NCBI GenBank assembly: GCA_964016885.1
Contig: OZ024741.1
Span: forward strand, 230,950,001-231,014,000
Length of the DNA stretch: 64,000 nucleotides
Direction: 5' to 3'
DNA from: Eledone cirrhosa
Lineage: Eukaryota
Shown piece after piece: positions 1 through 12,632 of this stretch. Each line of letters starts with the position of its first letter. Position 1 is the first letter of the stretch. Made by a program: the position numbers and the translations under genes. The notes under the pieces are model-generated. The model ran no database searches, was not told where the DNA came from, and saw only the letters and a list, made by a program, of their open reading frames with translations.

Positions 1-20
1 AATAATAATAATAATAATAA

Positions 21-51
<31 letters not shown>

Positions 52-63
52 AAGAAGAAGAAG
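1..63. repeat. (AAT)n followed by (AAG)n microsatellite
   Basis: Direct reading of the sequence. Confidence 0.97.
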
Positions 64-76
64 GAGAGGGAAGGAG

Positions 77-975
77 ACGCACTTGGTGGATAGAGTGTTA
101 TGGATTCGCTCCCGTAATGTTTTGATTTTTAACATATTTAAAACAATTGTGACATAACTATTCTTAGTACAAATGTGACATAAGGCACTAGGCTTAACTT
201 TTAGGAAATGAAGACCAATAATATCCTGTTATATCGCTTAAATATTCAATTTTGTATTATAAATGTTATATTCAAAAAGGCAAATTGTTATAAATGGAAG
301 AAAATCCCCTCTGTCTACACTATATGGAACAGCCAAATAACGGCAATTTCACCACCACGACAACCTAGATACACCACCCATCCCACCACCCCTCGGTGTA
401 CACTAAATACAGCAGCCAGAGAACGGCAATTTCACCACCACCACCACCAATTCCAGAATAATAATAATAATTACTATTATTGTATCTCAAGTTTTCTCAA
501 ATTGTTTCACTCAAATATTAGGCAAATAAGTCAAATAGGCAACAAACCTCATAGATATACAGATCAAACAAACGCACACTAGTTAAAGTCTATTCACCAA
601 AACCCAGTAACGACAACGCGATAACTACATTCACCGCCGCCGCCACTCCATCATTGCGACCACTATCCCATCACCGCCGCCACTACCCCACTACCTTCGG
701 GTTAACTTAAGAAAAGGGAAGGTGGCAGTATCACTACACAAGGCTAGCAAAATATATAAATAGATTAGCAAAATATATATATATAGACTGACGGTATCAC
801 AAGACAAGGCTAGCAAAAGATATAAATAGACTGATTTAGTGACCCGGTCAAACGTCAACGACTGAGGCACTGCTGGATCCCCCCTTCCCCACCAACAATA
901 GAAAAAGCCCCAGCACCACCACCGAGATAGCCAACAACAACAACAGGCAACTTCAACAAAAAGTATATTATATTA
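77..975 (+). mobile_element. Decayed Tx1-derived non-autonomous segment (5' UTR, ORF1 start and low-complexity remnant)
   Basis: Starts ...tggtggatagagtgttatggattcgctcccgtaa, the same leader as 18215 and 42943, which run into a Tx1 ORF1 zinc knuckle. 181-960 is repeated at 24651 and 47522. Confidence 0.6.
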
Positions 976-978
976 TTA

Positions 979-1165
979 AGGATTGGCAGTATCGGTAAAG
1001 GGTCGGACGCCATGCTTTGCAGCACAGTTACGTCCCTTTACGGACTGAGTTCAAAACGCGGCGAGGTTAACTTTGCCTTTCATCCTTAAGGGGTCGATAA
1101 AATAAAGTACCAGTAATACACTGGGATAATTGCTGGCCTTGTGCCAAAAGTAGAAACAATTATTA
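979..1165 (+). mobile_element. tRNA-derived SINE
   Basis: A-box-like tggcagtatcggta, B-box gagttcaaa, conserved core gaggttaactttgcctttcatcc...ggggtcgataaaataaagtaccag, (TTA) tail. Absent at the paralogous sites ~25450 and ~48320. Confidence 0.9.
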
Positions 1166-1256
1166 ATAGTAATTGCCTTCTTAAGCCACGCAGTGCTCAC
1201 ATTAAGGAAGCACTCATGATAATAACAATTTAAAAAACAAACAAAAAAAAAGAAAA

Positions 1257-4200
1257 CCCCGTGACCAAGAAATACCGGGATGGCGGCCGTCGGGGAATAG
1301 CCGTGTATCTAGGGGAGGAAGACACCTCTAGACTTGGTTGACACTCGTCCTAGGAGTGGTAACACGAAATGATTACCCCTTGGCGGTTAAGGATAAAACG
1401 CAACAAAATAAAGTAAATGTCAAATGATAAAATCTCATACCGGATCGGCAGACACCCGGGATTAAAAAGAGCCGCGTCCATCAGAGAGGAACCAGACTGG
1501 GGTTGAAAAATCAGCTAATGGTTCAAACCTCCCCATCAATTCGGAGCTGGAGACGTCTAATAACCGGAATACTCCTACTGTTGGCCCTCCATGCTCACCA
1601 CCAAGAAATCCAAAGAAAAAGAGAGAAAAATGGTCAAGGGAAGACAATAAATCAGTCCTTGAGACTTTCTACACTGCCATGTACTACCCATCAAATACAT
1701 CGAATACAGAACAGACATATATTAACTGGAAAAATAAACTTCCCGAAAACAGAGGCTATATTGACTGTAACAAACTAGCCAATATACGAGGAAATATTGT
1801 TTAAAAATAGATACTAACTGATATAGAAATTGATCAGATCAAGCAATCAGCACAAAGTCAGCGAAGGGAAAATGAAACATGTGTCAGTGAAAACGAGGTA
1901 AATTGTAGCACTTCGAATCCCAGGGTTGGGGCGGAATCACTGACAGCAGAACAAATTAATGAAAGGATCGAAAAAATGGAGGAAGTGCATTATCGAGATG
2001 AAACTCAAAATGAAAACTATGAGATCGTAAATGATAAAGAAATGAATGAGAATGAACTTGCCAACTTGAAGAATAAAATTATTATCGAATGGATGAAAAT
2101 GAAAGAATCTGACAGGGGGGAACGAGACACTCTCCCTAAGATCCAGAACTCCAAACAGAACCAAATGATAATACACAAGACGAAAATAGTTCTCAAAAAC
2201 ATTATCATCACAAACAAACTAAACATTACTGATCTAAATCATCTATATTAAGCATCGACTAACGTCACCACTCACTTATGTGTAGTGAAAATGAAAAAAA
2301 AACAAAGGAATTCCCACAAGAAACCTACTTGGAAAGAGAACATCAATCGCCAAATAAACCTCCGATCTGACATAGAAATTTTAACAAACAACGAAGTAGG
2401 TGAACATGTTAAACAAACTAAACTTAGAAAATTGAAAAGAAAATACAGTATAAAATCCACAAGTGACATAGACATGCTGATAGAAATAATCAAGCAAAAA
2501 GTGTCGGCCAAAGCTGCACGTATAAGGCGCTTTGAAAAAGGATCTAAATTCTGTAAGGACAATAATATGTTTAAAAACAACCAAAGAAACTTCTACAGAA
2601 AAATTGGCAAGTCAACAATAACTGATAAATCAATACCACCCAAGGAGGAAGTGCAAGAATTCTGGGAAAAGATCTGGGCCGCAGAAAACGTTCATAATAT
2701 ACATGCCCATGGATAGACAGACAAATGAAAGATACATTTCACCTTGAGGAACAAACATGGGAAAATATAACAGTTTAACAGTTGCGTTTAGCTCTTAGAA
2801 AAAACAGCAAATGGAAATGCCCAGGAAAAGACAAAATACCACATTTTTTTATAAATGCCTTCACAGAGTCTCATAACCTGTTAGCCCAACTTTTCAATGA
2901 AATGGTTAAGGAGACAGAAAAGATACATCATGGCTAGTTAACGGCATTACATTCCTACTTTCGAAGAATGATGAGACAAACAATCCCCAAAATCAAAGAC
3001 CGATTACTTGCTTGATCACAATGTATAACATGTTAACATCAGTCCTAACTGAATAAACATATAATCACCTGATAACAAATGATCTATTTCCCAATTAGCA
3101 GAAAAAGTGTAAACGAGGCTCACATGGCTGTAAAGATCAGCTTTTGGTTAACAAAATGATACTGGAAGATTGTCATAATAGACACAAAAATCTATCGATT
3201 GCTTGGATAGATTATAAAAAAGCATTCGATAGTTTGCCACACAGTTGGATTGAAAAATGTTTAGAGATTTTTAAAATATCCCCCGTTGTCAGGAGGTTTT
3301 TGTCATTCAGTATGAAGACATGGAAAACGACACTCCTTTTGAACAGTGAAACAAAATCACTGGAAGCTGGAGAAGTTAATAATAATTGTGGAATTTTTCA
3401 GGTTGACTCTTTATCACCGCTTTTATTCTGCATCGCACTTATACCATTAAGTAAAATGCTCAATGAAACAAAACATGGATATAAAGTCTATGACAAAACC
3501 ATTAATCACTTGTTCTACATGGATGACCTGAAACTATTTGCAAAAAATGATGAACAATTGCAAGGTCTACTATCTACTGTGAAGCAGTTCAGTGATGACG
3601 TTAAAATGGAGTTTGGACTAGATAAATGCGCCAAAGCAACGTTCACTTGAGGAAAGCTTCTGAAAATTCAGACATTAATCTTGATCGGGGGAATGTGATA
3701 AGAGAACTTGATCAAGAAGAAACATACAAATATCTAAGTGTTTGTGAAGGAGACGGAATCAAGCACTCGACAATGAGGGAAAGGATAAGTAAAGAATGTA
3801 ACCGCAGAGTAAGATCAATCTTAAGAACGAAATTGAATGGAAGGAGTAGGATCGATGCTATAAACACGTTTGCCATACCAGTAGAAACCTACAGTTACAA
3901 TGTCATCAAATGGTCAAGCACAAAGATCCGTAGGCTCGATACAAAAATTAGAAAATTCTTAAGCATGTACAGAATGCATCACCCTAAGGCAGATTCAGAT
4001 AGAATATATCTCCCAAGGAAAGAGGGAGGATGTGCGTAAATCCAGTTAGATACTGCGTTGAAAACTGCAACAATTGGATTATCTACATATCTAAGGGTAT
4101 CACATGATTGGATGATCAAACTCGTTTTGAAACACGAAAGCATCAAATGATCATACTCCATTACAAAAGATGCACGAAGATACAGTAATAGACTACCAAT

Positions 4201-5130
4201 TTCAGAAGTTCCATTTACTGCTGAAATGAAAAACACTGAAAACGCAAAGCAGGTAAAAGTAATTGCAAAGAGAGAACTTCTACAAAAACTAGTTAAGAAA
4301 TGGCAAGAAAAACCTCTCTATGGAAAATACCCAGAAAGAGCTAACAATCCTGATGTTGACAACATTTTAACCTATCAATGGACTGAAATCGGAGACTTAA
4401 GGGCTAATTATATCAGCACAAAATCAGTGTCTGCCAACAAAAAATTACCAAGCCAACATAATAAAAAATGGATGCAACCCATTATGCCGTGTATGTAAAA
4501 ATTCAACCAGAGACCATTGATCACATAATTTCAATGTTCAGTCCTCTAGCTCCAACCGAATAACTAAACAGGCACGATAGAGCTGCACAATACATACATT
4601 GGATAATGTGTAAGCATTTTGACCTGCCCCATCAAAATAATTGCTGGGAGCATCAACAACCTAACGTACTTGCAAAGAACACATCTCAATCTTGTGGAAC
4701 TTTAGCATCCACACAGACCGAAACATAGATGCAAATAGACCTGATATAATACTGAAGCACTTTAAAAAGAGGGTATGCATGCTAATTGATATGTCCGTCC
4801 CAATAGATAAGAATGTATCTATAAAAACATTTGAAAAATTGAGCCTGTATAAGGACCTGGAGTTAGAAAGTGGACAAATGTGGAAATGGAGAACTAAAAC
4901 AATACCAGTGGTTGTAGGCGCTCTGGGAATGATACCTAAGGTGTCTAATGATTACTTATCGCAAATCCCAGGAAACCCGCGTATAGGAAAAATACAAAAG
5001 ATACTACTAATGGGAACTGCCCATATAATAAGCAAGATTCTGTCAATATAAGTACATCACAAGTCTAAACACCTAAAAATGCATGTGTGTGTATGTGTGT
5101 TTTTTCTTGAAAATGGCGGACCTTGTTGTC
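1257..5130 (+). mobile_element. R4/Dong-type RLE non-LTR retrotransposon, family A, copy 1 (near full length, many stops and frameshifts)
   Basis: RT motifs [10 protein letters not shown], (QGD)SLSP and YMDD (3144-3650). RLE motifs RPDI..LIDMS..K and PVVVGALG (4692-5051). The 3' UTR is truncated at 5130. Confidence 0.92.
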
Positions 5131-5655
5131 TCATCGCAACCGACGTGCTTGCGGCGAGATTGGTACTCGACGAATTCTTCAACACCACACACGAAGGCTG
5201 CGTTGTCAGAACTAGAGCGCGTGCTCTGAAACACGAGGACAAAAGCCGTCCAATGGGCCCGGGTGGCAGAGGCGTGGCGTGGCAACAAAGCCACAATTCG
5301 TTCTTTATCTGACATAAACGGGCGCGTGTTTCTCGTACGCGAGCAGATGTGTGAAGCTTTTCAGCAGCACTTTGCTGAACTGTTCGGGAGCAGCGGCGTG
5401 CCGGAACGGGGTATGGACTTCAGTGCATACCTCGACGGACTGCCTCGGCTCTCAACGACCGCAGAACAGTGTTGCGAAAGGCCAATAACAGCCGGTGAAA
5501 TACGGGAAGCGATGGCTAACTGCACGAGGGGTAAATCGCCAGGTTTGGATGATCTGCCCTACGAGCTTTATGCATGTATGCCAGACTTGTTCGGTGACTT
5601 CTTCGTAGACGTCTACTGTAACTGGAAGCAGAACGGGAGCATTCCCAGTTTTGTG
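5131..5655 (+). mobile_element. Tx1/L1 ORF2 fragment (endonuclease-RT linker)
   Basis: HEGCVVRTRAR...KSPGLDDLPYELY...NWKQNGSIP, homologous to the - strand ORF2 at 14600-15120. Confidence 0.85.
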
Positions 5656-5656
5656 A

Positions 5657-5846
5657 AATTGTTTCTACTTTTGGCACAAGGCCAGCCATTACCCAGTACA
5701 TTACTGGTTCTTTATTTTATCGTCCCCGTAAGGATGAAAGGGAAAGTTAACTTCGGCGGGATTTGAACTCAGAATGGCAAGGGCCGTTACTCTATAGGTC
5801 AAAGCATGACGTCCAACTCTCTACCAATACTGCCAATCCACCACCC

Positions 5847-5848
<2 letters not shown>
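5657..5848 (-). mobile_element. tRNA-derived SINE
   Basis: Reverse complement of the SINE at 979; its head abuts (AAT)n at 5848-5896. Confidence 0.9.
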
Positions 5849-5896
<48 letters not shown>

Positions 5897-5897
<1 letters not shown>

Positions 5898-8596
5898 GCT
5901 GCTCATATAAGGCGCTTTGAAAAACGATCTAGATTCTATAAGGACAATAATATGTTCAAAAACAACCAAAGAAACTTCTACAGAAAAATTGGTAAGTCAA
6001 CAATAACTGCTAAATCAATACCACCCAAGGAGGAAGTGCAAGAATTCTGGGAAAAGATCTGGGCCGAAGAAAAAGTTCATAACATACATGCCCCATGGAC
6101 AGACAGACAAATGAAAGATACAGCTCACCTTGAGGAACAAACATGGGAAAATATAACAGTTGAACAGTTGCACTTGGCTCTAAGAAAAACCAGCAAATGG
6201 AAATCCCCAGGAAAAGACAAAATACAAAACTTTTGGATAAATGCCTTCACAGAGTCTCATGAGCTGTTAGCCCAACTTTACAATGAAATAGTTAAGGAGC
6301 CAGAAAATATAACATCAAGGCTAGTTAACGGCATTACATTCCTGCTTCCGAAGAATGATGAGACAAACAATACCAAAAATTACAGACCGATAACTTGCTT
6401 GACCACAATGTATAAAATTTTAACATCAGTCCTAACTGAATACACATATGACCACCTGATAACAAATGACCTATTTCCCATTGAGCAGAAAGGGTGTAAA
6501 CGAGGCTCATATGGATGTAAGGATCAGCTTCTGGTTAACAAAATGATACTGGAAGATTGTCATAATAGACACAAAAATCTATCGATTGCTTGGATAGATT
6601 ATAAAAAAGCATTTGATAGTTTGCCACACAGTTGGATTGAAAAATGTTTAGAGATTTTTAAAATATCCCCCGTTGTCAGGAGGTTTTTGTCATTCAGTAT
6701 GAAGACATGGAAAACGACACTCCTTTTGAATAGTGAAACAAAATCACTGGAAGCTGGAGAAGTTAATATTAATTGTGGAATTTTTCAGGGTGACTCTTTA
6801 TCACCGCTTTTATTCTGCATCGCACTTATACCATTAAGTAAAATGCTCAATGAAACAAAACATGGATATAAAGTCTATGACAAAACCATTAATCACCTTT
6901 TCTACATGGATGACCTGAAACTATTTGCAAAAAATGATGAACAATTGCAAGGGCTATTATCCGCTGTTAAGCAGTTCAGTGATGACATTAAAATGGAGTT
7001 TGGACTAGATAAATGCGCCAAAGCAACGTTCACCAGAGGAAACCTGCTGAAGAGTTCAGACATTAATCTTGATCGGGGGAACGTGATAAGAGAACTTGAT
7101 CAAGAAAAAAATTACAAATATCTAGGTGTTTGTGAAGGAGACGGAATCAAGCACTCAACCATGAGGGAAAGGATAAGGAAAGAATGTTACCGCAGAGTAA
7201 GAGCAATCTTAAGAACGGAATTGAATGCAAGGAATAGGATCGATGCCATAAACACGCTTGCCATACCAGTAGTAACCTACAGTTACAATGTAATCAACTG
7301 GTCAATCACAGAGATCCGTAGGCTCGATACAAAAATTCGAAAATTCTTAACCATGCACAGAATGCATCACCCTAAGGCAGATATAGATAGAATATATCTC
7401 CCTAGGAAAAAAGGAGGACGTGGGTTAATCCAGTTAGACATTGCGTTGAAAACTGCAACAATTGGATTATCTACATATCTAAGGGAATCACATGATTGGA
7501 TGATCAAACTCGTTTGTAAACACGAAAGCATCAAAAGATCATATTCCATTACAAAAGATGCACAAATATACAGTAATGGACTACAAATTTCAGAGGTCCC
7601 ATTTACTACTGAAATGGAAAACACAGAAAAAGCAAAGCAGGTAAAAGCAACTGCAAAGAAAGAACTGCTACAGAAACTGACTAAGAAATGGCAAGAAAAG
7701 CCTCTGTATGGAAAATACCCAGAGCGAGCTAACAATTCTGATGTTGACAAAACTTTAACCCATCAGTGGTTGGCATCCTCTGGACTGAAATCGGAGAGTG
7801 AAGGACTGATTATATCGGCACAAGATCAGTGTCTGCCAATAAAAAATTACCAAGCCAACATAATAAAAAATGGGTGCAGCCCATTATGCCGTGTATGCAA
7901 AAAAAAACCAGAGACCATTGACCATATAATTTCAATGTGCAGTCCTATAGCTCCAACCGAATACCTAAACAGGCATGACAGAGCCGCACAATACATACAT
8001 TGGATAATGTGTAAGCAGTTTTACCTGCTCCATCAAAAGAATTGGTGGGAGCATCAACCACCTCCCATACTTGAAAAATATCACATCTCAATCTTGTGGA
8101 ACTTTAGCATCCAAACAGACCGAAAAATAGATGCAAATAGACCTAATATAATATTGAAGACTATCAAAAGAGGGTATGCCTGCTAATTGATATGTCTGTT
8201 CCAATAGACAAGAATGTATCTATAAAAACATTTGAAAAATTGAGCAAGTATAAGGACCTGGAGATAGAAATTGGAAAAATGTGGAAATTGAGAACTAAAA
8301 CAATACCAGTTGTTGTAGGCGCTCTGGGAATGATACCTAAGGGGTCTAATGACTACTTATCGCAAATCCCAGGAAACCCGCGTATAGGAGAAATACAAAA
8401 GATAGTACTAATGGGAACTGCCCATATACTAAGGAAGATTCTGTCAATATAAGTACATCACAAGTCTAAACACTAAAGATGCATGTGTGAATATGTATGT
8501 TCTTTCTTGAACATGGCGGACCTTGTTGTCCCTTGAGGTCACTGGTTGTGACTTGGTGATAACTCGTATGAACATAAAGCAAGATAAATGCAACTG
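5897..8596 (+). mobile_element. R4/Dong-type RLE LINE, family A, copy 2 (5'-truncated, youngest-looking; RT-CCHC-RLE open except one frameshift near 8159)
   Basis: ORFs 5763-8186 and 8192-8452: NYRPITCL, QGDSLSP, YMDD, YKYLG, CRVC..ETIDHIISMC, RHD, RPN (catalytic D>N), KLSKYKDL. Flanked by (AAT)n on both sides. Confidence 0.95.
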
Positions 8597-8616
8597 TAAT
8601 AATAATAATAATAATA

Positions 8617-8866
8617 TGGAACTGCCATGAAGTCAAAGTGATCCCGATTGTCATAGGCGCATAGGTTCTATCTCAAACAGTTTCCAGGGATGGTTAAAGA
8701 AAATTGGCCCCTTCACGCTTTTTGGAACGCTTCAAAAGGCATGCTTGCTGGGAACAGCAAGAACCCTCTGATACGTCCTGAATATCTGAGGCTACAGGTC
8801 GTGGCTTGATATTCATTTCAACAAACTTTCCAGTTAACTAACATCAATAACTGAGACTCAAAGAGT
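8617..8866 (+). mobile_element. R4/Dong family B, 3'-end fragment
   Basis: WNCHEVKVIPIVIGA...LQKACLLGTAR plus a 3' UTR matching 37250-37497; lies between (AAT)n tracts. Confidence 0.88.
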
Positions 8867-8890
8867 AATAACAACAATAATAATAATAAT

Positions 8891-9260
8891 AATTGTTTCT
8901 ACTTTAGGCACAAGGCCAGCAATTATCCAGTGCATTACTGGTACTTTATTTTATCGACCCCGTAAGGATGAAAGGCAAAGTGAACCTCGGCGGGATTTGA
9001 ACTCAGATCGTAAAGGGACGTAACTATGCTGGAAAGCATGGCGTCCGACCCTTTACTGATACTGCCAAATAATTGTTTCTACTTTAGGCACAAGGCCAGC
9101 AATTACCCAGTGCATTACTAGTACTTTATTTTATCGCGCCCGTGAGGCTGAAACTCAAAGTCAACCTCGGCGACATTTGAATTCAGATGGTAAGTGGACG
9201 TAACTATGCTGGAAAGCATGGCGTCCGACCCTCTACCGATACTGCCAATCCACCGCCCTT
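8891..9260 (-). mobile_element. Two tandem tRNA-derived SINE copies (8891-9068, 9070-9260)
   Basis: Two ~180-nt reverse-complement SINE units between (AAT)n tracts. Confidence 0.9.
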
Positions 9261-9276
9261 AATAATAATAATAATA

Positions 9277-12200
9277 ATGGAGACTGGAATGTCATGTGAC
9301 AGACTCTCACCCAGCAGGTGCTCCCTGGCTCAGCAGCAGGGACCTGGCTGTCAACCAAATACTGCTGGTGTCGGAGGAAGAAGAAGAAGGAAAGGGACCA
9401 GAATCAACTGGATGAAAGAATTGAATAGAACTGTTATGCAATGTTACCTGAAGAGTAACCCCAAAGAAAAATGCTATAGGAAACGGATGCATAACATCTG
9501 GAACGAGATTGGTCTATTTAAATTAGATGAAGAAAAATTGGCCGTGCAAGCTCGGGTAATAAGAAGTAATGGGTGGATAAGCGAGCTGAAACTGGAGGAA
9601 CTGAGCAGAGAGATTAGGTTGGAAATGGAGAGTGGAGTATACCAGGCAAACGAGCCAGTGGGAAATGAAGGTGAAGAGGTTGAGAGAACGGAGGAACCAT
9701 CCGAAGCTGACAATTATCTGAATGCTGAAATAAATAATACCTGGAACAAAGATACGGCCATTGAGGAGATGAATGCTGACGGGCTAGGACAAAATTTGGT
9801 TGATATCCTAAACTTAGTGGTAGATGAATTTAACAATGATAGTGGGAAATCTATGAACCTAAGATTTGTAAACAAAAAACAGTTAAAAGAAACAACAGCT
9901 AAGGTAAACAAAGTCATCCCATACCTTGAGTCGAGGAGCCTTCACCAGTGCAACAATATCCACAAAGCAACAGCAAATGCGGTGAGGAAATTACATGGCA
10001 TAAAACATAGAGGAAACAACAAACAAAAAAAATCAGAACATTGGTGGAAGAAACGACTGAATGGTCAAATCAGGGAAATGAGAAATAACATTGGAAAGCT
10101 TGAGTCCCTACTGAATGGGACACTATAAAAAAAAGACACTAAAATTAGACTGGAAATAAAGTACAAAACTAGGAGGAAAAAGCTAAATTTATCATAGAGG
10201 AACTGAAGCTACGCATTGTAGCAAAGAGTGCAAAAATTAGGCGATACGAGAGCAGAGTCAGTAAGTATAGACAGAACCACATGTTTGACAACAACCAGAA
10301 AAAGTTGTTTGGACAGCTTGAAGGGAAAGAAAGAGGCTACGATTTGATCCCTGAGGCGGAACGAACTAGGACATTCTGGAGAAGAATATGGGAGTAGGGT
10401 GTTAAACATAATGACCAGGCAGTGTGGATTGAGACAGTACAAAAGGAGATTAGTGAACAGGCACACCAACAAACTGATTTGAGTATCACAGTTGAAATTC
10501 TTAAGGGGCAGGCCAGAAAACTAACCAACTGGAAATCACCAGGCCCAAATGTTGTGCAGGGGTATTGGATTAAAAATATAACATCCCTCAACACGAAATT
10601 GACAACCATGTTCAATGACTGCTTGATGTCAGGTGAAGTACCAGAGCGGTTGACAAAAGGTACCACAGTTCTGGTAATGAAAGACCGAATCAAGGGTAAT
10701 GATGTTACCAACTATAGACCTATCACATGTCAGACCGTAATGTGGAAACTGTTGACAAGCATTGTGTCTGAGGAAATATACCATCACCTCCACACAAACA
10801 ACTTGTTACCCGACGAACAGAAAGGATGCCGAAATAAGTCCCGTGGTACAAAGGACCAGTAACCTATTGATAAAATGGTAATGAGGAATTGCAATAGGAG
10901 ACACACTGGTCTTGCCATGGGATGGATAGACTACAAAAAGGCATTTGACATGGTGCCTCATTCTTGGATCTCCAAAAGCCTAGAGATCTTCAAGGTGGCA
11001 GATAACATCAGACAGTTGTTGGGCAAAAAGTATGAAGTCCTGGAAAACAGAGTTAACATCAGCTGGAGAATCATTGGGAGGCGTGAAGATCAAGAGAGGT
11101 ATCTTCCAGGGAGATAGTCTGTCCCCTCTGTTTTTTGTCCTTGCCCTGATTTCCTTGACCATTATACTGCCAGAGGTGAAAGCAGGATACAAGTTGGGAA
11201 AGGGAGAGCTTACCATCAATCACCTCCTCTTCATGGACGATCTTAAGCTCTTCGGGAAGAGTGAGAAGGAGTTGGATGTGCTTGTTGACACCGTCCGTAT
11301 TTTCAGCAATGATATATGTATCCAATTTGGTATTAGTAAGTGTGGAGTCCTTGTGATGAAGAGGGGTAAATTGAGCAGAAGCAACGGAATCCAGGTACCA
11401 ACAGGTGAGATGATAAAGGAAATTGACACTGAAGAAGGATACAAGTATTTGGGTGTTCTGGAGGCTGATAGCATCAAGAACAAAAAAAATGAAGGAATTG
11501 ATCAGATCTGAACACATTCGGAGAGTAAGGAGCGTATTAAAGTCACATCTGAACAGTAGGAATGCCATAAGGGCAGGAAATTCCCGTGCTGTGTCTATTA
11601 TCAGGTACAGTGCGGGAATTCTGAGATGGAATGTTGCTGAACAAAAAGAAATGGATAGGAAGACTAGGAAGCTATTGACTATCTACATGTTCCACAAGAG
11701 GAGTGATGTCGATCGACTCTACTTAAGGAGATCTGAAGGTGGAAGAGGTCTTATCAGCATAGAGGCCTGTGTTCAGGTGGATACAACAACCTACACAAAT
11801 ACGTGACTGATAGTAAGGAACCAATGCTCAGAATTGTACTGAAGGAGAGGACAATAGACCAGGTGATGTTCAAGGAGGAAATAACAACAAGGAGAAAGAG
11901 CACACTTCATGAAAATTCCCTTCATAGTACCTTCTTTGAGAAAACTGAATTCAGAGATCCACAGACATGTACTGGTTGAAAAGAGGGGACCTTAAAAGGG
12001 TTACAGAAGGAATGCTAATGGCTGCGCAGTAGCAGGCCCTCACAATGAAGTTGTTGAAACACCATATTTTCAAGGAGGAGGCTAGCCCACTGTGCAGGAT
12101 CTGTGGAGAGAGAAAGGAGACTGTGGCTCACATTGTATCCGAGTGTAAACACCTAGCTCAGACTCACTATAAAGGCTGGAGACATGATGTGATGGGCAGG

Positions 12201-12598
12201 GTGATCCACTGGCACCTATGCAAAGTAAACAATTTACCACATTCTGAGAAGTGGTATAAGCATAAGCCAGAGTCGGTGATAGAAAACGATCAGGTGAAGT
12301 TGCTGTGGGATTTTAGGATACCGACGGACAAGAAACTTGAACACAATAGACCTGATCTGGTGGTTTTGGACAAGGAAAAAAGATCGTGCCTGATTGTGGA
12401 TGTGGCCTGCTCATTCAACACGAGAGGAAAGAGAAGGAGAGGGAGAAAATTAACCGATACCAGGACTTAAACTGGGAGGTAAAAAGAAAATTCGCCGTGC
12501 CCCGATACGTCCTGAATATCTGAGGTTGCAGGTAAAGGCTTGATCTTCATTTCAACAAACTTTCCAGTTAAATAACATAAATGACTGAGACTCAAAAA
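9277..12598 (+). mobile_element. R4/Dong-type RLE LINE, family B, copy 1 (degenerate)
   Basis: N-terminus METGMSCDR..W..ELNRTVMQCYLKSNP, RT ([20 protein letters not shown]), CRIC..ETVAHIVSEC, RHD, RPDL..VD. Deletions near 12490; (AAT)n tail. Confidence 0.92.
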
Positions 12599-12599
12599 C

Positions 12600-12630
<31 letters not shown>

Positions 12631-12632
<2 letters not shown>

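Noticed and set aside
979-1165. tRNA gene
   Set aside because: Only A/B-box-like motifs with no full cloverleaf; multi-copy with a shared core and tail, so it is a SINE.
5763-5896. N-terminus of the 807-aa ORF (MNSEWQ...IIIIII)
   Set aside because: It is antisense SINE plus (ATA)n read in frame with a 5'-truncated Dong ORF, not a real N-terminus. The same applies to 9187-9276.
7367-7750. Recurrent antisense ORFs within LINE copies (e.g. also 28244-28627, 50803-51186)
   Set aside because: Shadows of the sense ORF repeated through copy homology; no recognisable domain.
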